IMG/VR virus record: IMGVR_UViG_2740892469_000001
Location: 1-64,000 of that record
Direction: 5' to 3' (one strand)
Source: a virus
Lineage: Duplodnaviria > Caudoviricetes
Length of the DNA stretch: 64,000 nt
Shown piece by piece: positions 25,767-36,000 of this stretch; the stretch's first letter is position 1, and every line of letters begins with the position of its first letter. The notes beneath the pieces were generated by a model, which had not been told where the DNA came from, searched no databases, and saw only the letters and a list, made by a program, of their open reading frames with translations. Both the position numbers and the translations under genes were made by a program.

Positions 25767-26113
25767 CACGCCACCTTCTCGTCTGCGACCAAATCAAAAT
25801 GCACTTGCGTGACTGGTTCGCGGTCTTCAATGAATCGGCGGTAACAGCGGCGCAGTTCGGCCTTTAAATCTTCAACGGTATTAAAGCCATCAAGCCTTGC
25901 GTCATTCAGCTCCAAATCCGAAAGCAGGCAGCGGTTTACATACCAAATGTTAATGGTCTTCTTTTGGTCCGTTTCAACGTTCACCAATTCGCAAAGACCA
26001 GGCGCAATATCCTTATGGCCAAGTCGCACCGAAGTGAGCTTGCGGCCCTTTAATGCCAATTCAAAATTGGCATTCGTTAATTTGAGCTCAGGGAGAGCGT
26101 TACTCATTGTCAT
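25766..26113 (-). CDS. ASCH domain protein
   Basis: GRKLTSVR and LSDLELNDARLDGF..VEDLKAELRRCY motifs. Confidence 0.8.
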   Translation of the reverse strand: MTMSNALPELKLTNANFELALKGRKLTSVRLGHKDIAPGLCELVNVETDQKKTINIWYVNRCLLSDLELNDARLDGFNTVEDLKAELRRCYRRFIEDREPVTQVHFDLVADEKVA

Positions 26114-26285
26114 ATCCATCTGATTCACCATCGTAATAAATGGTGCTAACTGGCTCTGGCACGGGTGCCGTTCGCCACGTTGGCAGGTTTTTATCCAACC
26201 AATCCATGGCATCGGCTTGAGACTTCACCACCTTTCGATGGTGAGTCATCACATAAGCGATAAGTTGGTTGGAATCCGATTGCAT
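26100..26285 (-). CDS. Hypothetical protein, 61 aa (MQSDSNQL...)
   Basis: AAGGA RBS before ATG at 26285. Confidence 0.6.
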   Translation of the reverse strand: MQSDSNQLIAYVMTHHRKVVKSQADAMDWLDKNLPTWRTAPVPEPVSTIYYDGESDGYDNE

Positions 26286-26305
26286 TGATATTCCTTTGTC
26301 TTTCG

Positions 26306-26812
26306 TCAGAACGGGATATCGTCGTCGAAGTCCATCGGCGGCTCGTTGTACTGCTGCTGTGGCGCTTGTTGCTGTTGCGGTCCGCGATACTGTTGCTGCT
26401 GTTGTTGAGGGTGCTGTGGTTGTTGTGGCTGTCCCCATCCACCTGCGTGTGGGTTTTGAGGGCGATTACCAAGCATTTGCATCACACCATTAAAACCTTG
26501 CACCACCACTTCAGTGGAGTAACGGTCAACGCCGCTTTGGTCTTGCCATTTGCGCGTCTGCAGCTGGCCTTCAATGTAAACTTGCGAGCCTTTTTTAAGG
26601 TACTCACCAGCCACTTCTGCCAACTTTCCAAACAGCACCACACGGTGCCATTCGGTTTTTTCGCGCGGTTCGCCCGTAGCCTTATCGCGCCATTGGTCGC
26701 TTGTGGCGATGGTAATGTTTGCCACTGCGCCGCCGTTTGGCATATAACGAATTTCAGGATCATTGCCTAAGTTGCCAACTAGGATGACTTTATTGATTCC
26801 ACGACTTGCCAT
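26306..26812 (-). CDS. ssb: Single-stranded DNA-binding protein
   Basis: [16 protein letters not shown]...DFDDDIPF. Confidence 0.97.
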   Translation of the reverse strand: MASRGINKVILVGNLGNDPEIRYMPNGGAVANITIATSDQWRDKATGEPREKTEWHRVVLFGKLAEVAGEYLKKGSQVYIEGQLQTRKWQDQSGVDRYSTEVVVQGFNGVMQMLGNRPQNPHAGGWGQPQQPQHPQQQQQQYRGPQQQQAPQQQYNEPPMDFDDDIPF

Positions 26813-28053
26813 TATTCAGCCTCCTTTGGTGCGATAAGAACAGAACGGTGGCCGTTGTGAGCAGGTTTAGAAACCACACCACATGCTTCGAGTTGTTCCA
26901 TAATTCGAGCAGCACGGTTATAGCCAATCTTGAACTTACGCTGCAGGTTAGAAACCGACGCTCGGCGCGTCTCTGCTACATGGTCACTAGCTTGCGTAAG
27001 TAGAGAATCAAGAGCATCGTCGTCGGTGGCGTTTTCAATAACAAGCATCAGCTTTTCAGCGATCTTATGGCTAAAGGTGAGCGTGTCTGGCAGTGCTTCT
27101 GTGTTTGGTTCGGCGTTTTCATCTTTGGTGTAAAGGTGCTCTTCACCTTCAAAACCACCCAGTTCGGTATAAAGACTTTTCAAGAACTCGAAAACATTGC
27201 CTGCAGCCAAACAAAAATCCGCATCCAAACGCGCAAGCACATCTTCGCGTGGAATGTCGTCGTTTTGGTCTTGAAGTTGGTCTGAGAACTTGAGGCTTTT
27301 AATCGTGCCGCTATCGGCCAGTGTGAATTCAATGCGTTCTTGCCAATCCATCTTTAATGAAGTGACCACCTTGTTGGCCTCAATGCAGGCTTTGATTTCA
27401 TCTGAGCCAATTTCCTGCTTCTTGAATTGAGCGCTACCGCCATCTTCAACCACAGACGTCAACTTAATATCGTGCTGCAGAGTGAAACCAGAAGGCACCG
27501 CGCCTTCCTTAACCCACTCAGTCATGGTGTTTTCAATCGCCTTAACAGGGACCGCAGGAATCACTGGCAGGCCACCAATGGTTTTACGAAGTAGGGCAAG
27601 TACATCTTCTGCCGCTTTAAATGACGATGCGTCCACAACCACCAAGTTCGACTTGGTATTAATGAATACCGAGAAATAGGTGTACTGGCTAAACGCTCGC
27701 GGCAATAGCTCAATCATGAGGTCGTCTTTCAATGCGTCTTTTTCTTTCTTGCGCATTGGTCGACCTTCTGCCTTTTCGAATGCCTCAACTTTCTCGTTCA
27801 TGGATTCTTTAATAACAGCAGCAGGAATGTTCTTTACTTCCTTTTTCGCCGCGATGAGCGCGTATTGGTCTGCGATGTGCACAAAATTTTCGGTGTTCTT
27901 GCCAAGCGCAGGAGTCCAGCCAAACTTTTGCTTATCGGTTTCACCGCATGGTGTGTACGCGAACTCTTTCATCTGCTCTTCAAGCTTTTCGAGGTCAAAG
28001 CTAAAGCCAAGTTTATGGCGGTAGACCATCGCGTTTTTAGGGAAAATACTCAT
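26812..28053 (-). CDS. rdgC: Recombination-associated protein RdgC fused to a C-terminal FtsK gamma-like winged helix
   Basis: FAYTPCG..DKQKFGW, LLPRAF and LDADFCL (RdgC); [29 protein letters not shown] (FtsK gamma). Confidence 0.9.
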   Translation of the reverse strand: MSIFPKNAMVYRHKLGFSFDLEKLEEQMKEFAYTPCGETDKQKFGWTPALGKNTENFVHIADQYALIAAKKEVKNIPAAVIKESMNEKVEAFEKAEGRPMRKKEKDALKDDLMIELLPRAFSQYTYFSVFINTKSNLVVVDASSFKAAEDVLALLRKTIGGLPVIPAVPVKAIENTMTEWVKEGAVPSGFTLQHDIKLTSVVEDGGSAQFKKQEIGSDEIKACIEANKVVTSLKMDWQERIEFTLADSGTIKSLKFSDQLQDQNDDIPREDVLARLDADFCLAAGNVFEFLKSLYTELGGFEGEEHLYTKDENAEPNTEALPDTLTFSHKIAEKLMLVIENATDDDALDSLLTQASDHVAETRRASVSNLQRKFKIGYNRAARIMEQLEACGVVSKPAHNGHRSVLIAPKEAE

Positions 28054-28062
28054 AGCTAACTC

Positions 28063-28242
28063 TTAATGTTTAATAGGTTCAATTTTGACGCCGCTGCCGT
28101 TTGGGACCACGGACACATCCTGTTTATTTTTATGAATCCAGCGTTCGTGCTCGCAGTGATAGCCTTGTTTTTCTAGGTAAGACTCCGCTTGAAAAAAGCT
28201 TTCAAAAGTAAACGGGTTTTGCGTTAGGTCAGTGGTCTCCAT
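28063..28242 (-). CDS. Hypothetical protein, 59 aa (METTDLTQ...)
   Basis: Translated by hand; AAGGAG RBS. Confidence 0.65.
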   Translation of the reverse strand: METTDLTQNPFTFESFFQAESYLEKQGYHCEHERWIHKNKQDVSVVPNGSGVKIEPIKH

Positions 28243-28255
28243 GGTGGCTCCTTAA

Positions 28256-28777
28256 TTAATCGACTTTATCCTTCGATTGCTTGGCAATTGAAAATTCGTG
28301 GGCTGTAATTTCATCCACGTTTTGGGTGATGCTTAATGAAGTGGAAATGTAGACATCTCCGTCAAAGGCGAACCACTCAATGCCAGTGAATACAACATCA
28401 CTCCAAGAGATACCGAGAGTTTGATAAAGGTCATCCAAAGAAACTTCTGAGCAGACAGGCTTTAGCTCTTTAAACTTCGCTTTCAATTGACGAAGTTCAG
28501 CCATGCTTTCCTTGCCTTGAACTCTTGCCTTGATGTGGCTTGTATTACCCAGTGCTGGCTTTGGTCTCGTCCAGAGCGAACCGTCAGGTCGAGTGCCGTA
28601 ATTGTTTAACATTAGGTTTGCGAATTTGTGGCCATTAACGCTGTAAGAAAAAACTGGCTTAGCATCAAAGTTGTTTGCAAACTCAGTAAACTCTGCCTTT
28701 AGCGTGTTGGTCTTATTTCGATAGTCAGTCCATGCGGCATAGACATCTGCATGATTTGATTTATAAAACTTCTTCAT
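28256..28777 (-). CDS. Phage early hypothetical protein, 173 aa
   Basis: AGGAG RBS; operon context. Confidence 0.7.
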   Translation of the reverse strand: MKKFYKSNHADVYAAWTDYRNKTNTLKAEFTEFANNFDAKPVFSYSVNGHKFANLMLNNYGTRPDGSLWTRPKPALGNTSHIKARVQGKESMAELRQLKAKFKELKPVCSEVSLDDLYQTLGISWSDVVFTGIEWFAFDGDVYISTSLSITQNVDEITAHEFSIAKQSKDKVD

Positions 28778-28786
28778 TGGTATCTC

Positions 28787-29422
28787 CTAGCTAATTTGGT
28801 CTGATGCTGTGCACATTTGCCTTTTCGTTTCAGACTGAGCAGCAAGGATGATGTGTTTTACATCCGTGATTTCCAGACCAGCGTCTTCAATCATGTTTTC
28901 GATAGCCGGTGATAGTTCACCAGTAGAGGATTCTTTGTGCGGATTAAGGCGTTCGATCTCTTTCATGGTTTGCTCGAGCATTTTGCCTGCAACCATGATT
29001 GCCTTGTCCCTTGTTGGAGCTAATTCGAAAGATAGGTGGGCGAAAGTTATGGAGTCGTAAACTTCTTGGAAGAACTCACAGTGACGAGGGGCAAGTTCGG
29101 TAAGATCACCAAGCTTGGATGTATTAAAAACCAACGTGTTTGTTTGGCCCTCATTGCGCATAAGAACCATGGCGATAAATATGATGGCGTCCAGCACGTT
29201 GCCTTCGCCAAGGTTTTTAATGGCCTGTTCTTTCAAGAACTCAATGGAGCAAACTTCAGGATTCCACCAACCACGCTTACCATTAGCGCGAGCTTCGCGC
29301 ATTCTGACTGATATCGCTGAGCTGATGGCATTGATGAAGTAAAAGTCAGCAGACTCTTCCGTTAGTATTCCGTCCTGGTGGCATCCATTGATGTTTTGCA
29401 TTGCAATTTTTATGTCTCTCAT
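28787..29422 (-). CDS. Phage hypothetical protein, 211 aa, flanked by 24-bp direct repeats
   Basis: AGGAG RBS; ARANGKRGWW..CS.E.L motif. Confidence 0.7.
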   Translation of the reverse strand: MRDIKIAMQNINGCHQDGILTEESADFYFINAISSAISVRMREARANGKRGWWNPEVCSIEFLKEQAIKNLGEGNVLDAIIFIAMVLMRNEGQTNTLVFNTSKLGDLTELAPRHCEFFQEVYDSITFAHLSFELAPTRDKAIMVAGKMLEQTMKEIERLNPHKESSTGELSPAIENMIEDAGLEITDVKHIILAAQSETKRQMCTASDQIS

Positions 29423-29452
29423 CGTTCTATCTCCTGGCTAATTTGGTCTGAG

Positions 29453-30082
29453 CTAAAGCAGCTCGTTTACGTTGAATCGTTCCATGTGCTTAATCACGGG
29501 GATGTAATCCGCATGCACCTCTTGCAGGTGGCGCTTGGCTGCGTTGTAAGCCCCTAAAGCACCCATCTTTTTAATGCTGAACAGCTTGGTCTTTTTGCCG
29601 CATCCTTTACCGGAATGGTCGGCCCAAATCGCGGCGTAGTAAGGGAACACCACTTTGCTTCCGTTCTTGTACACTTTCACTTTGTCGATTTGCTTAGGCT
29701 CTAACGAATGCGGCATGCGCTCGAAAAAGCCAGGTTCACTGAGAACGCGATCCCAAAACTTACCCCATGCCTTCTTGCCAATGTTGTCACGCTCTTTAAG
29801 TGCTTTGCGCATGGCCTTATCGCGACCCTTGGAAGTGGTAAAGCTGCGCTCATACAGCGAGTCGTCAGGCAGGTGGATATGAACGCGAACGCGATGCTCT
29901 TCGTGAGAGATAAACTTGCAGTTCAGTTCCTTAAAATGCTCAAGAATGAGCGCTTCCATATATGGTGGAATAGACATTTCACTCAGAGAGCGAGCAAGCA
30001 TCTGATTTCTTAATGCTCCGTAGCGTAATGGCTCGCCTTCACTTAATTGGCGCTTTACTTCTTTAATACTCAAATTGATCAT
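29453..30082 (-). CDS. Putative DNA-binding protein with two AP2-like modules
   Basis: RSFTTSKGRDKAMRKALKERD and YAAIW...KTKLFSIKKMGALGAYNAA. Confidence 0.55.
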   Translation of the reverse strand: MINLSIKEVKRQLSEGEPLRYGALRNQMLARSLSEMSIPPYMEALILEHFKELNCKFISHEEHRVRVHIHLPDDSLYERSFTTSKGRDKAMRKALKERDNIGKKAWGKFWDRVLSEPGFFERMPHSLEPKQIDKVKVYKNGSKVVFPYYAAIWADHSGKGCGKKTKLFSIKKMGALGAYNAAKRHLQEVHADYIPVIKHMERFNVNELL

Positions 30083-30411
30083 GCTATCTCCTGGCGTAAA
30101 TAATCTTGTGCTGGGTAATGGGCGGCGTAGTTTCTTTTCCAGTTGCTGTAAACTTGCTCATCACCGTGTCGGTTTAATAAAGCCCAATTCGCTATCGCGG
30201 CAGGCTTATTATCAAAAGGGCCAACTTGGTACTTGCAGTTCGGGCAAAACAGGATGTGTTCCCCCGTTCCCTCGCTGCGGTCCCACTCAGGCAGCCACGT
30301 ATGCTCGGGCGGCTGCTCGAAGTACCGATTGCACAGGCAGGTCGGCATTCCTTCTGGTAGCTTTTGCTCTGCGTCGGCATTCATGCACATGTTCAAGCCC
30401 CTTTTGATCAA
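30079..30411 (-). CDS. Zinc-ribbon protein, Lar-like
   Basis: CLC...CPNC...AAIANW; start position uncertain. Confidence 0.5.
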   Translation of the reverse strand: MIKRGLNMCMNADAEQKLPEGMPTCLCNRYFEQPPEHTWLPEWDRSEGTGEHILFCPNCKYQVGPFDNKPAAIANWALLNRHGDEQVYSNWKRNYAAHYPAQDYLRQEIA

Positions 30412-31015
30412 ACGTGCCTAATATGTCGAGCAAGCGCGTCCAGCGCTTCGCCCATGACTTTTCCCAAGCAGAGAGCTTCTTTCCTGATTTCTCTGCAATC
30501 ACTGCCTGAGTCAGCAGCATCGTGCCGCCGTTAATGCGCTCGCGTTTTTGTTGGCAAGCCACCAAGGCCAAGTGCGCGATCAACTTTTTTGATTCTTTGC
30601 CGAGGTTCTTGGACTCTTGTTGGTAAAACTCATCCAACAGCGCAAGCAGCAGGGTTTTCGTTGGCATTTTTGCGCCTTCGCTGTAGCAGTAGCGCAGCCA
30701 ATCAGATATATGCTCAGGGTTAGAATTCATATCGCGTAGCAACCTTGCATAAACAAAAGCTTTAGGAGGAAGTGGGCAAGGTGACTGCTTAAACTTTCGG
30801 CAAGCCAACGTGGTCACCACTGGCGCTTTTACACTGGCAATCTTGTTGCCGTTATCGTCGGTGATGTCGTAATGAGATTGGCGAGTAAAACGGCTATCAC
30901 TGCATCCGCTATCGGCAAAGCCATCAAGCTGGCCACGAGTGCGTGGCACAACTAACATCGCTTCACGTAGCTCTTCTCGCAATCCCTCTTCGTTGAACTT
31001 AACGCGCATAGTCAC
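30287..31015 (-). CDS. Late antiterminator Q-like protein
   Basis: WLRYCY, C-terminal HTH with W..SWAKRW..L; N15-like cB-cro-Q position. Confidence 0.65.
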   Translation of the reverse strand: MTMRVKFNEEGLREELREAMLVVPRTRGQLDGFADSGCSDSRFTRQSHYDITDDNGNKIASVKAPVVTTLACRKFKQSPCPLPPKAFVYARLLRDMNSNPEHISDWLRYCYSEGAKMPTKTLLLALLDEFYQQESKNLGKESKKLIAHLALVACQQKRERINGGTMLLTQAVIAEKSGKKLSAWEKSWAKRWTRLLDILGTFDQKGLEHVHECRRRAKATRRNADLPVQSVLRAAARAYVAA

Positions 31016-31021
31016 ACCCCT

Positions 31022-31621
31022 TTACACAAACAAGGTGCTGTTTCGGAATGCTTTCACGGCAGAAGGCTCAATGTTCGTTGCGCGACTAATGGCGCCTAGC
31101 TCAGCCATGAGAACGCCAATGCACTCAGCGATTTCGTTTGCGTAATTAAGAACTTCAACTGGGTCATCATCGGGAGTAAAAGCACCATCCATTGCTGGGT
31201 TAGCTTTAACTAAGATGTCACCCCATTCTTTCGCCATCTGAGGAAGGTGCGAACGTGTTTCAGTGCCATTCGATAAGCTTTTTGATGCGGTCAATGCGAC
31301 AAAATACGAACCTAGCATTCCGCAAAGCTCATTCTTTAATGGCTGACGGTACGCTTCAGGCAAGCTTGCAATAAAAGGAAAAACCCAATTGATGTGAAGT
31401 TGATTTTCGCCATCGATATAGCGAACAAGACGACGAGATTGTGTTTTCTCCCACTTATCTTCATCTTTCAATGGTCGTGTGAGTTCGCCAGCTTTAATAA
31501 GCTCAGGCAATACTTTGTTGCGAGTGAATTTCTCAACAGCGATGCCAGTTTCATCAATAAAGCTATTGATATGGTCCAAAACCACGGCTGACAATCTGTT
31601 GTCATTTTTTCGACGTTCCAT
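31022..31621 (-). CDS. CII/YdaT-like regulatory protein
   Basis: Position after cro; WVFPFIASLPEAYR motif. Confidence 0.45.
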   Translation of the reverse strand: MERRKNDNRLSAVVLDHINSFIDETGIAVEKFTRNKVLPELIKAGELTRPLKDEDKWEKTQSRRLVRYIDGENQLHINWVFPFIASLPEAYRQPLKNELCGMLGSYFVALTASKSLSNGTETRSHLPQMAKEWGDILVKANPAMDGAFTPDDDPVEVLNYANEIAECIGVLMAELGAISRATNIEPSAVKAFRNSTLFV

Positions 31622-31640
31622 TTTAAAAGCCTGCCAACTA

Positions 31641-31868
31641 TTATGTATTTATGACGAAATCGGGGAAGCGTTCTGGATAAATCAAGTGCTCAAGAGTTAA
31701 GCCATACTTCTTGTACCGTTCGAGAACCTGATAACACACTTCGCCTGACGTATTGGATATCCCCCTTTCTAAGCGGCTAAGTGTTGCGCCGCTAGAACCG
31801 CTTTCCAGAGCTAAAAAAGCTATGGAGATACCTTCGTATGCCCTGCATTTATGTAAAGGCGTTTTCAT
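31641..31868 (-). CDS. cro: Cro-like HTH repressor, 75 aa
   Basis: MKTPLHKCR...ATLSRLERG...LEHLIYPERF; divergent from the repressor. Confidence 0.8.
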   Translation of the reverse strand: MKTPLHKCRAYEGISIAFLALESGSSGATLSRLERGISNTSGEVCYQVLERYKKYGLTLEHLIYPERFPDFVINT

Positions 31869-31880
31869 ATCCCCGATTTT

Positions 31881-31971
31881 ATTCAAATATGAATAAAAAG
31901 CAAACCGGAGTTCTTTTATTCCGTGATGAATGTGCCAAATATGAAATGTAAGATAATTTTCATATATGAAA
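31881..31971. promoter_or_regulatory. Operator array between cro and the repressor
   Basis: ATTCAAATATGAAT (31881), TGCCAAATATGAAA (31933), TTTCATATATGAAA (31958). Confidence 0.65.
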
Positions 31972-32009
31972 TATGGGCGTTTTTTGCTTACTGAATCACT
32001 GGTGGGAAA

Positions 32010-32705
32010 ATGGAACTGCACGAGATAATCAAAGCAGAGAGAAAAAAGCGATTTAGCCTTGATGAAGTTGTCGCCACTTTTAAAGAGTGGGGGATTGACT
32101 GCTCTCAGCCTACGCTATCCCGTGTAGAGCGAGGGGCGGTGCCGAGCTGGCCTATCGTTGATGGTTATTGCAAGTTATTTGGATGGTCTTTGAGTGAGTT
32201 GGAAAAAAGACTTCATAGGGAAATTCCAGAGACGAACCAAGACAGCATGCCTGCGCCAATCCGAAAGCGTTCTGTTAACCAAAACGCAGGGCGTGATATA
32301 GCGGTCTTATCTTGGGTTCAAGCAGGGAACTGGGGCGAAAGCCCGTGTATTGAGACGCACAACCAAGAAACTAAGTTCATTCCTGGTAAATCACCGAAAA
32401 ATGCTTATCTATTAAAAGTGAACGGTACCTCGATGGAAAATTGCGGAGGCAAAGATCACTTTCCAAACGGCAGTTTTATCCTGGTAAATCCCGATGTATC
32501 TGGAACAATTAAAGACTACGTGGGTAAGTTCGTTGTGGCCGTGGATGAATCAACACAAGAAGCCACCTTTAAACAACTGGTGGAAGATGGTGGTGCGAGG
32601 TATCTAAAACCGTTAAATCTTCAATACCCTGTGATAAAAGTTACTGAAACAACCCATATAAAGGGTGTAGTATGTAGAGTTATTGATGATCGCAAAGTCT
32701 CATAA
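32010..32705 (+). CDS. Prophage repressor (cI/CB-like, HTH plus S24 peptidase)
   Basis: HTH SQPTLSRVERG; VQAG cleavage site; GTSM Ser and TFK Lys catalytic residues. Confidence 0.92.
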   Translation: MELHEIIKAERKKRFSLDEVVATFKEWGIDCSQPTLSRVERGAVPSWPIVDGYCKLFGWSLSELEKRLHREIPETNQDSMPAPIRKRSVNQNAGRDIAVLSWVQAGNWGESPCIETHNQETKFIPGKSPKNAYLLKVNGTSMENCGGKDHFPNGSFILVNPDVSGTIKDYVGKFVVAVDESTQEATFKQLVEDGGARYLKPLNLQYPVIKVTETTHIKGVVCRVIDDRKVS

Positions 32706-32757
32706 TCTACTAATATTCAATTTAGAATAAGTAAAATGATCAGCTGATCACTTGTTT

Positions 32758-32771
32758 ATTCATGTATGAAT
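32758..32771. promoter_or_regulatory. Repressor-type operator upstream of repA
   Basis: ATTCATGTATGAAT matches the cro/repressor operator consensus. Confidence 0.55.
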
Positions 32772-33066
32772 GGTTTACTATTGTGGCGATAGTTAAACAA
32801 CGGCATGCATGGTGAATAAAGTGATTTTTGGAAAAAGAGAAAAGTTACAGCTTTGTTATGTTGTTGATTTAAAAGACAATTCAAGAATTACAGATACAAA
32901 AAAAGCCGGTTGTGGCGACCAGCTTTTTTCATGTGTTAGGCGGCTAGAACCAAACCAAACAACGCTATTTGTTGGTTTCAATTCTAGCGGCCTATTCGCG
33001 TCTATGCAATAGGAAATTTACTTCGGTAGATTCCATTGCAGTATCTGTCATAAAAATGATGGACCG

Positions 33067-36000
33067 ATGATGGCTAATTACATACAACTAGAACTATATG
33101 AAGCTGAGGAAGCCCTCAGTCATATCTCTCCAGATTTACCCTACAAACGATGGTCTAAGATTGGCCGTGCGTTAGTGTCTGAATATGGCAATGATGCCAG
33201 AGACATTTTTGAACGCTGGTCAGCAACAGGCAACTCCTACGATAAGCGCGGCTTTAAGAGCTGGTGGAAGAACTTCCAACGTGTAAAGCGCACTAGCTTT
33301 GGCTCTTTCATTTACGAAGCAATGGAAGCAGGCTGGAAACCGAAGAAGAAAGATTATTCTGAAGAAGAAAGACAAAAGCTATTCGCTGACTACGAGAAGC
33401 GCAAAAAGGCCGCAGAACGTCGCCGTATTCAAGCCGAGCAAGAGCAGTGGAACGAACTAAAAAAGGAAGAAAAACTTTTCCTTGGATGGCCGGATAACTT
33501 CGCTCCTACGGGATACATGATCAAAAAGCAAATGGCTGACATTAGCCGTTTTGTTGACGTTCGCCTTGGTCGTGATAAATACAACAACCCTTGCTTGGTT
33601 TGGCCTATCTATGAAGAGCTATTTAACCAAGGCCGCTTCTGCGGCTTTGAGCGTATTTTAGATAATGCTTTCCAAGTTGGTGAGCGCACCATCAATAAAC
33701 TATCAAGCGATAACGCTCGTACGGACCTTGGTTTTTGCACCTTTGGTGAGCTTCGGGACCATGGACCCAAACGTGTTTTTGTGGTCGGTGGTTTTGCCGA
33801 TGCCTACTCTGCGCACGTATCAACGGGTGAGGTAATCGTTACGCCAATCGGTGAAGGTAACATTCCTTTCATCATTGAGCTGCTAAGAGAAAAGCATCCA
33901 GACATTCAGTTTATTGCAGCACCAGATAACGATAAAGCAGGCCGGGATGTCGTTCAAAGCAACAACTGTTTTTGGACACTACCGCAAACAGATGGCTTTG
34001 ACTGGAGCGATACGTTTATCAACCTTGGATGGCAAGCCGTTCAAGAGCAGCTGCTAAACATTCGTGGCTTCGAAAAAGTTGAATCAAACACTCGCTACCT
34101 AACCGCATCTATTCGCGAAGGCTTGAACCTGATCGAATCTGATATGGGTACGGGTAAGTCAACAGTGGTTCAAAACTACATCAAACAAAACCCTGACAAA
34201 AAGACCTTAGTTATTTCTCACCGTGTTGCGTTGGCGAAATCACTAAAAGAAGGTCTGGCGAAAGAGAAAGTCTCGGTTGAATTTTATCAAGACCTCATCA
34301 TTAAAGACCCTGTACCAGGAACCGATGCAAACATCGCGCTACGCAATGCGCACGTTCTGGTCTGTTCAGTAGATTCACTATGGCGCCTAGCTGGTTCAAA
34401 TTGGGATGTGGTGTTTGTTGATGAGTTCGAGCAGAACCTAAGCCAATACTACGCAAAGACTATCCAACACGGCGAACACTGCCTTAACTACCTGCAATTT
34501 GTTCTTAAGAACAGCGAAACCCAAATCCTAGCGGATGCACACTTGGGTAACTTAACGTTCGATTTTTGCCACTTCATTGGCATGCACACTGGCGTGTATT
34601 TCCAAAATACATTCCAAGTGGCCAAGGGCAAAAAGATGTACGTCTACGAATCGAAAGATCACTTGCTAGAAGAAGTCATGCAGCAAATCATGGCTAAGGG
34701 TAAGCGCTACATCTACGCCAACTCGAAAGAGCAAGTAAAAGCGATTGGTACTGCCATCGAGCAAGAAAGAGAGCGCAAACACTACGATGGCGCAGTTTTG
34801 GTCGTACATGCGGATGTCACTGGTACTGAGGAAGTGAAAACAGCGCTAGAAGACATCAACGCTATCGTACCTAACCTTGATGTGCTGATTGCATCGCCAA
34901 CACTCGGTACCGGATTTGATATTAAGTCGAGCGCTCACCAGTTCGATAAGACGATCGGCTTTTTGTCTTCTCGCGTAGGTACGGCAGAGGAAGGCCACCA
35001 AGGTCTAAACCGAGCGCGTGATGTGAAAGAGTTTCACGTTTACCTAGATAACGCAGAGCGCAGCGAACCAACCGACCCAACTTACATTCAAGACAAGTTG
35101 ATCGAGCAAGTATCTGCCGAGACGATGAAGGTGCTAGATATTGACCCAACCACGGGCAACTACACCTCGCGCAACCCTGTTTATGAATGGCTATTCTGCC
35201 AAGTTAAGGCGAAGCAGAACCTATCTTCTAACCGCTACCGCGCTCGCTTTTTGGAGCTGGCTTCAAAGGGTGGCTATGAAATCATTGAAGTGGCCAAGCA
35301 AAAACTGGCAGCGGATTTTGGTGCAACCGTCCGCGAAGAAGCGAAAGAACGTAACAACCGTGTGACGCTACGCGATATTGAGCAAGCGCCAGTGCATGTT
35401 GGTGACATGTTCACTACGGTAATGCGCAACGGTGAAGATTACACACCAACCGAGATCACCAAATCAAAAGTGAATTACGACCTACATTTGGATGCGGCCA
35501 ACGATGAGCAATTGGATTGCTTGCTGCCGTTCGCCAAAGAGGTGTACGAGGAGTTCGCGAAAGATGGCGCGAACGCGAAGCATAACGACATCGACAACGC
35601 GCTAACGCTTCCTGAGTCAAAGCGTAACGCAATCATCACTGCGCTTACCTACAAGCAGAATAAATCTCGCTTTGTGGATGCGATTAAAAAGCTAGGATGG
35701 GTGAACGTATGCAAAGACACGGCCCACGCGCTAGACAGAAAAGACGTGAATCACGCCGAGAGCCGAGTGAGCTGGCGTCACCTTTCCATTAAACGTGGTC
35801 ACTTGGTGAAGCTGCTGCAAGTGGCTGGCATTGATGAGCAGTTGAACTACAACGGCAAAGAGTGGACCGCAGACGATTTGCGACCTCATCTTTACGATTG
35901 GTTGCGCAAGAAATCCACGCAAGACCGCCTCTACAAGTACTCAGGTATCACCGTATCGGAAAAGACGCTACAAGAGCCAGTGCAATGGTTTAACAACCAC

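Noticed and set aside
26340-26440. CAG/CAA-rich low-complexity tract
   Set aside because: It encodes the ordinary Gln/Pro-rich linker of SSB
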